Origin: an uncultured cyanobacterium
Lineage (GTDB): Bacteria > Cyanobacteriota > Cyanobacteriia > Cyanobacteriales > CAWUOF01
Direction: 5' to 3'
NCBI GenBank assembly: GCA_963744145.1
Contig: CAVUSO010000001.1
Span: 6,048,001 to 6,112,000 of the forward strand
DNA: 64,000 nt
A model generated the notes under the pieces. The model was not told the DNA's origin, did not search any database, and saw only the letters and a program-made list of their open reading frames with translations. Within the stretch, counting starts at the first letter, position 1. Every line of letters starts with the position of its first letter. This document shows, in pieces, positions 44,516 through 52,640 of the stretch. Both the position numbers and the translations under genes were made by a program.

Positions 44516-45646
44516 CTAAACGCTAAGAAATTTTTTCTTTAAGGATTCATTAATAACTTTTCCTGGGGTGATAAATTTAGCGATCGCTTGAGCTATAGCA
44601 TAAGCAACAGGTGGAGGAACGGAATTAGCAACTTGACGATGCTGATCTAAATACCGAACTCTACCTGAACGACCTCGAATCGGACCTTTTAGAAAGTAAT
44701 CATCAGGGTATCCATGAATCCGCATATATTCCCGTGGAGTTAGGTATCTATCTTCAACAGGATGAAAGAAAATTTCTCCACACCTGAGAGTTAGTGAAGG
44801 TTCAGAAAAAGAAAGCCGACGAAACTTCGTTGTATCCTTTTTTGTGAGCTTACCTCTCTGACTCTCTGGGAGATGTAATTCTTTAGCTAAAAAAGAACCT
44901 TCAGGTACTCCATGAATACGCCTTCTATCTCCTGCTGGTGTAATGTCTATATGGCTATCTTCAGGTTGGTTATCTTTATTGTTTGATGGACTACCTAATC
45001 CGTTTAAAGCTTGACCAACTGTAATATAGGGCTGAAGAGGAAATAAGGAAAATTGAGGGTCTGCTTTTCCATGAGTTGGTAATGGGAAATTGAAGTGGCC
45101 ATCTATTCTTGTTGCAACGATAAAAACCCTTTCTCTGGCTTGAGCTACGCCATAATTTGCCGAATTTATAGTTTCTATGTTTAATTGATAACCTAGTTCC
45201 CTGAACTGACTTACAATAGCTCTGCAAACACCACCACAACCAGACTCATCGGGAGCTGTCAATATACCTTTAACTTGCTCAATAACGATTACTTTAGGTT
45301 TTAAAACCCTAGCAAATCTAATAAATTCAAAGATAAGTAAGCCTCGCTCATCATTTAATGAAGCCCGTTTTCCAGCCTGAGAAAAACTCTGACAAGGACT
45401 ACCACCAAATAGCAAATCTAATTCACCTATCTGTAAGTCTAAATCTCTCATTAGTTGAGATGGGTTAATTTGTTTTATATCCTTTTCAAAAAGGACAGTT
45501 TTCGTGTTTTCTCTTTCAATAGCACTTTGTAAAGTTTGGCAACAGTGAGGAGCTATTTCAATGCAAGCTTGGATTTCAAAACCAGCTTGACGAACACCAA
45601 TATCCATTCCACCTGCACCTGAAAAAAGAGATATAGCAGAAAACAT
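44516..45646 (-). CDS. DNA (cytosine-5) methyltransferase
   Basis: LFSGAGG (I), GGSPCQSFS (IV), EQV in place of ENV (VI), Q.RER (VIII), R.LTPRE..R..GYPD and ANSVPP (IX/X). Confidence 0.93.
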   Translation of the reverse strand: MFSAISLFSGAGGMDIGVRQAGFEIQACIEIAPHCCQTLQSAIERENTKTVLFEKDIKQINPSQLMRDLDLQIGELDLLFGGSPCQSFSQAGKRASLNDERGLLIFEFIRFARVLKPKVIVIEQVKGILTAPDESGCGGVCRAIVSQFRELGYQLNIETINSANYGVAQARERVFIVATRIDGHFNFPLPTHGKADPQFSLFPLQPYITVGQALNGLGSPSNNKDNQPEDSHIDITPAGDRRRIHGVPEGSFLAKELHLPESQRGKLTKKDTTKFRRLSFSEPSLTLRCGEIFFHPVEDRYLTPREYMRIHGYPDDYFLKGPIRGRSGRVRYLDQHRQVANSVPPPVAYAIAQAIAKFITPGKVINESLKKKFLSV

Positions 45647-45905
45647 AAAAAAATCAGGGTTGATAATAAAGATATTGTTTTTTATTATATATCATTCCGT
45701 GATGCGATCGCGATTCCAGTTTATGGGGCAGGCGATCGCTTTTCTTGAGAATACCAGGGAGAACGATCCTTGCTCATGCTTCGCCCCTCAATAAACATTC
45801 ACATTATATTGATGGCAGTCAATAACGATTAATGGACTGGCGCTATAGGCTGAGTTTTTGCCATAATAGATCAGATGTAATTCCTAGTTTAAGAGTGTAG
45901 TAGCT

Positions 45906-46142
45906 ATGACTGAGTTGCTTGAACGTGCAATTAACCAGTTGAAGACTTTGCCTACGGATGAGCAAGACGCGATCGCGACTCGTCTCTTGGCAGAAATGGA
46001 AGAAGAGCAGACATGGAAAACTAAGTTTGAATCTACAACTGATGAGCAGTGGGATCGGATAGCCCAGATGGTGCGTCAAGAAATTGCTGTTGGCGATATC
46101 GCTCCTTTATCCGACGTTTTCCCCTCTGAGTCTCAACCATGA
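45906..46142 (+). CDS. putative type II antitoxin
   Basis: MTELLERAI..LK.LP..EQDAIA..LL.E...E..W...F pattern, with an ATGA overlap onto a toxin-like stub. Confidence 0.65.
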   Translation: MTELLERAINQLKTLPTDEQDAIATRLLAEMEEEQTWKTKFESTTDEQWDRIAQMVRQEIAVGDIAPLSDVFPSESQP

Positions 46143-46252
46143 AATCAAGTGTCACGAAAGCATTTCGCCAGAAACTCGATCAGCTTCCTACATCAATTCA
46201 AAAGCAAACTGCTAACCAGCAGCCTAAAACGACAACGAGCGATCGTTCGTAG
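46139..46252 (+). pseudogene. truncated RelE/ParE-like toxin
   Basis: MKSSVTKAFRQKLDQLPTSIQKQ resembles a RelE-superfamily N-terminus. It stops after 37 aa. Confidence 0.6.
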
Positions 46253-46329
46253 CTCAGATGTTGAGAATCCAATCCCAAAAAAGAGAGCAGCCAAAATAAT
46301 ACTTGACATCTTACCTCTCACAACCTCTA

Positions 46330-46641
46330 TCACTCATCAAAAGGTTCTTCAAAAAGCGCTTCCAAATTGCGGTATCCACTAACAACTCGTAAAATCTCAA
46401 TACCCTCTTCAATTGGCAGATAGAAAATCAGGTAATCATCAACAGGAAAACTTCGCAATGAAGGAAAAAGCTGATCACGTTGACGCCCCATGTTAGGAAA
46501 ACTTGCTAAAGTCTTACACTTTTGATTGACTTTTTTCAAGAAACGCTCTGCTGGCTCAAAACCACTATTGTCAGCAATCAAGTCGATAATGGTTTCAATA
46601 TCTCGACTAGCTGGGACAGTAAACCGACAAATATTACTCAT
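46330..46641 (-). CDS. parE: ParE/RelE family toxin
   Basis: A..DIE.I, FPNMGRQR, LRSF....YLIFY and IEILRVVSG.R. Confidence 0.85.
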   Translation of the reverse strand: MSNICRFTVPASRDIETIIDLIADNSGFEPAERFLKKVNQKCKTLASFPNMGRQRDQLFPSLRSFPVDDYLIFYLPIEEGIEILRVVSGYRNLEALFEEPFDE

Positions 46642-46907
46642 AAACCAGCTTTTTGGCGATGTCGTTCTAGTTTCTGTTGGAGTTGGGAGAAAACTATTTC
46701 TCCATCAATTACTTCACCCCGTTCCGAGGCTTCAACACCAATCATAATTTCCCTTCTCAATTCTTCAAATCGTCCTTTGTAAATGCTTTCCCGTTCTTCT
46801 AAAAGCCTAATTCCTGCTATAATCATTTCTTCAGCAGAAGCATACTTACCGCTTTCTACTTGACTTTGAATAAACTGCGAAATTTCTGAACCTAACGATA
46901 TATTCAT
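46638..46907 (-). CDS. parD: ParD family RHH antitoxin
   Basis: MNISL...FI...V.SGKY.SA.E.I..G.RLLEE, with an ATGA overlap with parE. Confidence 0.85.
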   Translation of the reverse strand: MNISLGSEISQFIQSQVESGKYASAEEMIIAGIRLLEERESIYKGRFEELRREIMIGVEASERGEVIDGEIVFSQLQQKLERHRQKAGL

Positions 46908-46950
46908 CTTTGACTCCGCTTGTTATAGATGATTTTAATCCACTTTTTAG

Positions 46951-47472
46951 GCGATCGCATCACTTCTAATCGCAGATGAGAGTAATTTTACCTGTAGGGG
47001 CGAAGCATTCGGGCGACAATTGAACAATAAAACGGTTAATCTTATCCCCGAATGCTTCGCCCAGCTCTACGCCGAGATCCCCAAAAATATCCTTGATCTT
47101 TATATTTAAGTCCTAGATATTGCGATCGCTCTCCCTGTTTCTAGGATTGCGATTAATTCATCAAGCGATCGGGTAAGCTATTGGTTAACTTCAGGAATGC
47201 TGTTTTTTGGGATCGAAGGAGCGATCGCATCACTTCCAATCGCAAATGAGAGTAATTTTCCCTGTAGGGGCGAAGCATTCGGGCGACAATTAAACAATAA
47301 AACGGTTAATCTTATCCCCGAATGCTTCGCCCTTCTTTTACGCCGAGATCCCCCAAAATATCCTTGATCTTTATATTTAAGTCCTAGATATTGCGATCGC
47401 CAACCAGTTTCTAGGATTGCGATTAATTCATCAAGCGATCGGGTCAGCAAGTCAATTTGTTGGTTAACTTCA
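46951..47472 (+). repeat. diverged tandem duplication with a 270-bp period, each unit starting at HIP1 and containing a REP doublet
   Basis: GCGATCGCATCACTT... starts at 46951 and 47221. GTAGGGGCGAAGCATTCG starts at 46994 and 47264. Confidence 0.9.
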
Positions 47473-47534
47473 CGCCATTTGCTCACACTTCGCGCTCTCG
47501 TTTGGGAGTCGGGTATTTGGGCTGGTTGATTCAT
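47178..47534 (-). CDS. small coiled-coil hypothetical protein whose 3' end runs into repeat DNA
   Basis: MNQPAQIPD...KWREVNQQIDLLTRSLDELIAILE. The C-terminus is translated REP sequence, and a degenerate partial copy sits in the first repeat unit. Confidence 0.4.
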   Translation of the reverse strand: MNQPAQIPDSQTRARSVSKWREVNQQIDLLTRSLDELIAILETGWRSQYLGLKYKDQGYFGGSRRKRRAKHSGIRLTVLLFNCRPNASPLQGKLLSFAIGSDAIAPSIPKNSIPEVNQ

Positions 47535-47543
47535 GGTAGAGTG

Positions 47544-47769
47544 CAATACAGTTCAGGTAAGATTTTTTTTGGATATCTCGGCGAAGAAGGGCGAAGCATT
47601 CGGATCTAAGATAAACCGCCCTTCGACTCCGCCCTTCGACTTGTCCCTGAGCGTAGTCGAAGGGCGCTCAGGGAACACTCAGGGTAAATTTTTATTGTTC
47701 AATTGTCGCCCGAATGCTATGCCTCCGGCACGCTACGCGAACGCCCCTACGCTTAACTGAACTGTATTG
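47544..47769. mobile_element. MITE with 13-bp terminal IRs containing nested repeats
   Basis: CAATACAGTTCAG at 47544-47556 and CTGAACTGTATTG at 47757-47769. Confidence 0.75.
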
Positions 47770-47910
47770 GGTTCTAACCAATAACTGATCTGCTGAAATG
47801 CTTATGCCTACAGCACGCTACGCGATCGCGATTCCAGTTTATGGGGCGCGATCGCATCACTTCTAATCGCAGATGAGCGTGGACAAGAGTAGACCATTGG
47901 GCTACAATAC

Positions 47911-48186
47911 TTAATTATTTTGACTCACTTCAGTTATTCTCGAAGAAATTACAAGCCCGGCAGTTCCTAACCCTATAGTTGCTAAAGAACCTACAATAAT
48001 AAGTTGAGCCTGGTTAGTATTTATTGGTGAAGGTACTATGACTTCAACATCAGGAATCCCACTTCTTATAGTTGGACTTTGTGCTGGTTCTTGAGCGCGA
48101 GCTAACTTGATCAAACCAAATACAAACAATAAAACACCCAAAACGATAAATCCTACACTAATAATTTTTAAAATTATCTTTTTCAT
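47911..48186 (-). CDS. small protein with signal peptide/TM and C-terminal TM helix
   Basis: Strong GAGGAG RBS, MKK plus a hydrophobic stretch ending ARA|QE, a Pro-rich linker and a second hydrophobic helix. Confidence 0.65.
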   Translation of the reverse strand: MKKIILKIISVGFIVLGVLLFVFGLIKLARAQEPAQSPTIRSGIPDVEVIVPSPINTNQAQLIIVGSLATIGLGTAGLVISSRITEVSQNN

Positions 48187-48460
48187 GTTTGTTGGCTCCT
48201 CTTTGATTAAAGTATGGTGGATAGGATAGAAATTAGTATTGCTTTGTGTGTTTTAACAATGATTCTCAAAAAAACGTTTGGTTCTCTCTTTAATTTCTGG
48301 TATCACCTCCCATTGATGATCTTCAATTGATTTTCTAACCATTTCAGGTTGTTTTTCTGTATGGACACCTTTACAATTTGGACTCTCGTGTTTGAAAGTC
48401 AAATTACCAGTATAGGGCTAAAGTCTTGAAACCTACCAGGGGAAAGTAAAGCAGCATTTT

Positions 48461-48492
48461 ATGTCAAGTTTTTTTGCAAAAAGACTTGACAT
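48461..48492. promoter_or_regulatory. 32-bp palindromic operator overlapping a TTGACA -35 box
   Basis: ATGTCAAGTTTTTTTGCAAAAAGACTTGACAT has one mismatched pair and lies just upstream of the AbiEi-like gene. Confidence 0.65.
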
Positions 48493-48543
48493 TTGCGCCA
48501 TAGGTTAGACAATGGAACTAAGACTAGACATGAGATTCAAGCG

Positions 48544-49260
48544 ATGAAGAGGAGTCGAGTTAATACCGCAGAGTTAATCCGCAGACAGATTGAGGAAAGG
48601 GGAGAAGCCTACTGGCGACATTCTGATTTCTCCAATTTGCCCCCAACTGCGGTGAGTAAAACTCTCTCCCGACTAGCAGAAGAAGGAGTTTTGGAGCGAG
48701 TCAGCAAGGGACTTTACTACCATTCGCGTCAGACTCGATTTGGTCGGAGCCGTCCATCTCAAAGCGATATCCAAAAGCTACTCACAAAACAAAATTTGCA
48801 TCCAGCGGGGCTGACTGCTGCTAATTTACTAGGATTTACGACTCAAAATACAATCCAAGGTGAGTTTGCCACCTCAGCGAATAGTGTCCCTCGCACCATC
48901 ATCGGCGATCGCGCCAGAGTCCACACCCGCAGACCCCAAACATGGAACAACCTAGAAGCTACTGATGCAGCAATACTTGATTTCTTAAGATCTAGAGGGA
49001 ATTTGAGTGAGTTGTCTCCAAAAGAGACTAAGCAACGGTTACTGGACTATTTTCGATCAAGCGATCGCTTTGAACGGTTAGTAGCAATCGCAGATGAGGA
49101 ACCACCGCGAGTGCGAGCTATACTGGGAGCGATCGGACAAGAACTAGGTCAAAGTCTAAAAAAATTAGAAAAACTTAGAAATAGCTTAAATCCCTTATCT
49201 CGGTTTGATTTCGGTAAGTTCAGCAACCTTCGCTATGCCAAAGAGTGGCAAGGAAAATGA
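48544..49260 (+). CDS. AbiEi-like type IV TA antitoxin / wHTH regulator (DUF6088-like)
   Basis: AVSKTLSRL.EEG.LERV.KGLYY and G..AANLLGFTTQ. Confidence 0.75.
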   Translation: MKRSRVNTAELIRRQIEERGEAYWRHSDFSNLPPTAVSKTLSRLAEEGVLERVSKGLYYHSRQTRFGRSRPSQSDIQKLLTKQNLHPAGLTAANLLGFTTQNTIQGEFATSANSVPRTIIGDRARVHTRRPQTWNNLEATDAAILDFLRSRGNLSELSPKETKQRLLDYFRSSDRFERLVAIADEEPPRVRAILGAIGQELGQSLKKLEKLRNSLNPLSRFDFGKFSNLRYAKEWQGK

Positions 49261-49292
49261 AACTTTATAAAGATCAACAGGACTATCTTTAG
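49257..49292 (+). pseudogene. possible stub of the cognate AbiEii nucleotidyltransferase toxin
   Basis: An ATGA-coupled 11-codon ORF (MKLYKDQQDYL*) sits where abiEii is expected. The evidence is positional only. Confidence 0.35.
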
Positions 49293-49323
49293 CGATTCAT
49301 CTCCCCAGTTTTTATAATCAGAA

Positions 49324-49683
49324 ATGAGCGGCATTAATCGCCAACTAACACGAGATCCCAGAAGTAGTTTATTTGAAAAACATCTTCCGGGTACATCACA
49401 AGTGGAACGACTGTTAAGGAAAGAGGGAAAAGCTCATGTTTTTAATGACAGAACTACTCTAGATGCAGTGGAGGAGGCTATTATAGAGAGAGGGTATCTA
49501 ACAGGAGTTGAGGATAAAATAGATAGCTATGAACGTTATGGACTCTATTTTGATGATCCAATCGGCTATCAAATTAGAGCAGATGGTAGTCAAATACCCC
49601 TTTATTACGCTGAAATAAAAATTCTTAAAGGAACAGATACATACCATGTTATCCCACGCACTAGACCTCGCCGAACAAATTAA
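49324..49683 (+). CDS. small putative RNase toxin (Ntox50-like pattern; resembles DUF6972)
   Basis: KHLPG near the N-terminus, IG, and C-terminal YHVIP. It overlaps a small acidic downstream gene. Confidence 0.55.
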   Translation: MSGINRQLTRDPRSSLFEKHLPGTSQVERLLRKEGKAHVFNDRTTLDAVEEAIIERGYLTGVEDKIDSYERYGLYFDDPIGYQIRADGSQIPLYYAEIKILKGTDTYHVIPRTRPRRTN

Positions 49684-49903
49684 TGACTGGAAATTTATGG
49701 AATTGTGGGTAGATCCAATTATTTTTCCCCCTCGGATTTTGATGTTAGTGAGTGGAAAAAAGGGAGGATTTGGGATTTATGACCCATCAGCTAACTATCA
49801 GGCGCTGTTTTTTAGTTCAACCTATGATGAGGCTCATTCATGGCTTTTGGAAGATGAATATGAGCGATGTGATGGTCGGCTTTTAGCCGAGGAAATTCTT
49901 TGA
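49646..49903 (+). CDS. putative immunity/antitoxin protein
   Basis: 85 aa, acidic and aromatic (W.D, YDP, Y.EA..WL.EDEY), overlapping the upstream ORF by 38 nt. Confidence 0.55.
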   Translation: MLSHALDLAEQINDWKFMELWVDPIIFPPRILMLVSGKKGGFGIYDPSANYQALFFSSTYDEAHSWLLEDEYERCDGRLLAEEIL

Positions 49904-49922
49904 GTTTACGTCGTTCAGTAAT

Positions 49923-49961
49923 CCAACTAATTGCTACAGAACAATCCAATACAAACTGCAT
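49923..49961 (-). pseudogene. N-terminal stub of VapC/PIN toxin
   Basis: The minus strand reads MQFVLDCSVAISW (PIN beta1-Asp motif). Removing the IS gives a TAATG coupling to the antitoxin at 51388-51660. Confidence 0.7.
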
Positions 49962-49968
49962 TAAAATC

Positions 49969-51387
49969 GGTTCTACCGAACTATCTATGTAAAACTAACT
50001 AGCAAAATGCCAAGTTAAAATACTTCTGAGCTGAAAATTATCAAAATTCCTAAAGCCATAGCCACGCCTTTTAATCAATTTTAACTTATTATTAATTCCT
50101 TCGACTACTCCTTGAGTAGTTCGGTGATCGAAATAGGCAATAATTTCTCCAATCCATCGGATAATTGTCCCACAACTATGAGGGAAATAATCTTGAGCTT
50201 CTTTTAACCAATCAGCGAAATTAAATATTCCTTCTACCCAATCTTTACTGGACTCATAAATATTTCTAAATTTTTCTTTGAGCTCATGCATTTTTCCTAA
50301 TTTTGGAGCAACTTTTTTAACTAATTTAAGTCGTTGAGATTCATCATCATTTAAATCTTTCTCATTTTTAAGTAAGACATATTTACTCTTAGTTAATCCG
50401 CCTAATATTTGCTCTTTTTTTTGGTTATTTTTCAATGGCTCTGCGGTTCTTTTCGTTTTCCTTCTTTCTTGATCTAGTTCATCCTGTACTTGCTTCATTA
50501 CATGAAATCTATCGGCGATTACTTCTGCTTGAGGTATCAATTTTTCGGCGATATTTTTATACATTTGCCAGAGGTCAATACTTACTTCTTGGATTTGCCC
50601 CAAAACCTCTTCTCCCCAAGCTTCTAGGTATTTTTCTATCTCGGCTTTTTTGCGTTTTTCGATAATTCCTAATACAATTCCTTGGTCAATATCTATTAAC
50701 ACTACATAATAATTTTTTGCCCTTTTACTACGGCAATTTCATCGATTCCTAACCGCTGTAAATTTTCGGGCTTTTTTTTCATTAATTCTGCGCCTAATTC
50801 TTTTAACATTGTCTCTACTTCTTGCTCGCTAAATCCGTACCGTATCGCCACGTTTTTTATGTCACTTGACAAAACTTCCTTAATAATTTTATTTCTTAAT
50901 CTTTCAGTATAATTTCTTTTCTTCTTCACTAAATTTAACTCTTCACTAAATTTGTGGCCACATTGGTCACATCTCATTTGACGACGATTGACTTTTAAAT
51001 ATATTTGTTGTTCACCAAAAGCCAAATCTCTTACTACATACCAATGATTTTGATGTAATTTATCTGTGAGGCTTTCACAACAAGGACATTTAACTTTTAA
51101 TTCTCGTTTTTCTAGTCGTAAAAATATCCCGATCCCTTCTTGAAATTGATAATCTACTACTTTAAATTCTTGACTATTCAGCAATGAAGTCATTAGATGA
51201 AGTTGAGAAGAAGATGCCATAGCTGTCAATTTTTACTTAGATGTACTTAATTATTCTAATCCAATTTAAACATAAAAATCGCCCAAAGTCAATCACGTCA
51301 GTAATTTTTCAGATATAAATTAATTATTTAATTGGGAGTTTTACGAGCTAATAACTAATATTTTTACATAGATAGTTCGGTAGAACC
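49969..51387 (-). mobile_element. ISL3-family insertion sequence, 1419 bp
   Basis: Perfect 26-bp terminal IR GGTTCTACCGAACTATCTATGTAAAA. 8-bp TSD TTAAAATC at 49961-49968 and 51388-51395. Confidence 0.95.
49995..51220 (-). CDS. ISL3 transposase, frameshifted at an A6 run near 50713-50718
   Basis: Zinc finger CPCC...CDQC, LGIDE, VSIDLW, IADRFHV and EGINNKLK.IKRRGYGFRNF. One extra A gives 408 aa. Confidence 0.9.
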
Positions 51388-51660
51388 TTAAAATCTCCGC
51401 TCCTCTTCAACCATTTCATGGATTGAAGTTTGATCCAAGGCAATTTCTTGTTGTAATTGTAGCATTCTCGCGATCGCTGCTTGAATTGATTTTTTAGTAG
51501 TAAGTTTTCCCCAAGAATTATACTTATGTGTAGTTTCCTCCGATGATAACGACTGGACAACTACCACCACCTCAACAGAAGTATCTTTAAAATCAGTGGG
51601 CATCTGGATTTGCAAGATCCCATCTGTCCCAATATGCGATCGCAGCTTGATTGTTTCCAT
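51388..51660 (-). CDS. putative VapB-type antitoxin (AbrB-like beta-barrel N-terminus)
   Basis: METIKLRSHIG.DGIL.I..P...VEVVVVVQ. It was coupled to the vapC stub before the IS inserted. Confidence 0.6.
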   Translation of the reverse strand: METIKLRSHIGTDGILQIQMPTDFKDTSVEVVVVVQSLSSEETTHKYNSWGKLTTKKSIQAAIARMLQLQQEIALDQTSIHEMVEEERRF

Positions 51661-51814
51661 ATCAGACTCCACCAACTATCATCTTAATAATTGTCAATTG
51701 ATGTTCCAGCTTTGAATGACCAAAAACCTATTAAACATGATCAATCTGATTAATCTCAAATTGCTATACTTAAATCAAGCATCTAGTCATTCCTGTTATG
51801 GATAGCTAAGAATT

Positions 51815-52591
51815 ATGGTCCAAAGTCTTGATCCTACCCTATTACCCCCTCCTTTTCCCGATCATACCCAACTCCCTGAATCCGACGGCACCTTCGTGAA
51901 AAACTTTCAAGAACATCCCCAATGTATCTTGCTGACCGACTCCTTGGAAACTACCCTACAAACTCTCCATCCAGATGGTCAATATGCGATCGGACAAGAT
52001 AGTGGGATATACTGGCGGGAAACTGAGCCTCCGGAACGGGGAGCGGAAGCACCGGATTGGTTCTATGTTCCTAACGTTCCACCCCTATTAGACGGTCAAG
52101 TTCGTCGTTCCTATGTGATCTGGCGCGAATATAGTGTGCCCTTAATTGCGATCGAATTAGCCAGTGGAAATGGTGCCGAAGAACGAGACTATACTCCCCT
52201 ATCTCGTTCATCAGAAAGGAGCAATCAAAAACCTGGGAAGTTTTGGGTATATGAGCAGATTATTCGGATTCCTTACTATGCCATATATATCATCAAAACT
52301 AGGGAATTGGAAGTTTATAACTGGGTAAATACTCGTTATCACCGTTTGCAACCGAATCAGCGCGGACATTATCCGATCGACCGGATGGGAGTAGAATTAG
52401 GAGTGTGGGAAGGTAGCTATCAAAATCAGACTAATCATTGGTTACGTTGGTGGGATAGTCAAGGTAATTTGTTGCTCACTGGTAGTGAACAAGCTAAACT
52501 TGAACGTCAACGGGCTGATCGCGAACAGCAACAGAAAGAACGATTGGCTGCTTATTTGCGATCGCAAGGAATCGATCCTGATCTGATTTGA
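51815..52591 (+). CDS. Uma2 family endonuclease with C-terminal coiled coil
   Basis: LPESDG, APDWFYVP, RRSY, IELAS and WLRWWD..GNLL. Confidence 0.9.
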   Translation: MVQSLDPTLLPPPFPDHTQLPESDGTFVKNFQEHPQCILLTDSLETTLQTLHPDGQYAIGQDSGIYWRETEPPERGAEAPDWFYVPNVPPLLDGQVRRSYVIWREYSVPLIAIELASGNGAEERDYTPLSRSSERSNQKPGKFWVYEQIIRIPYYAIYIIKTRELEVYNWVNTRYHRLQPNQRGHYPIDRMGVELGVWEGSYQNQTNHWLRWWDSQGNLLLTGSEQAKLERQRADREQQQKERLAAYLRSQGIDPDLI

Positions 52592-52640
52592 GCGTTGATG
52601 GACAGACCACCCCCATATTCTCACTTGCTTGAATAAGACC

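Noticed and set aside
46149..46382. 77-aa ORF after the antitoxin
   Set aside because: It is out of frame with the ATGA-coupled toxin stub at 46139 and runs antisense into parE.
47533..47760. 75-aa ORF
   Set aside because: It is a translation of nested MITE/REP DNA.
46951..47877. CRISPR array
   Set aside because: The repeats are inverted REP arms and long duplications, not direct repeats with unique equal-length spacers. No cas genes are present.
43500..49960. Integron cassette array
   Set aside because: No integrase is present, no convincing attC (RYYYAAC...GTTRRRY hairpin) was found by eye, and the genes are in mixed orientation. IntegronFinder would settle it.
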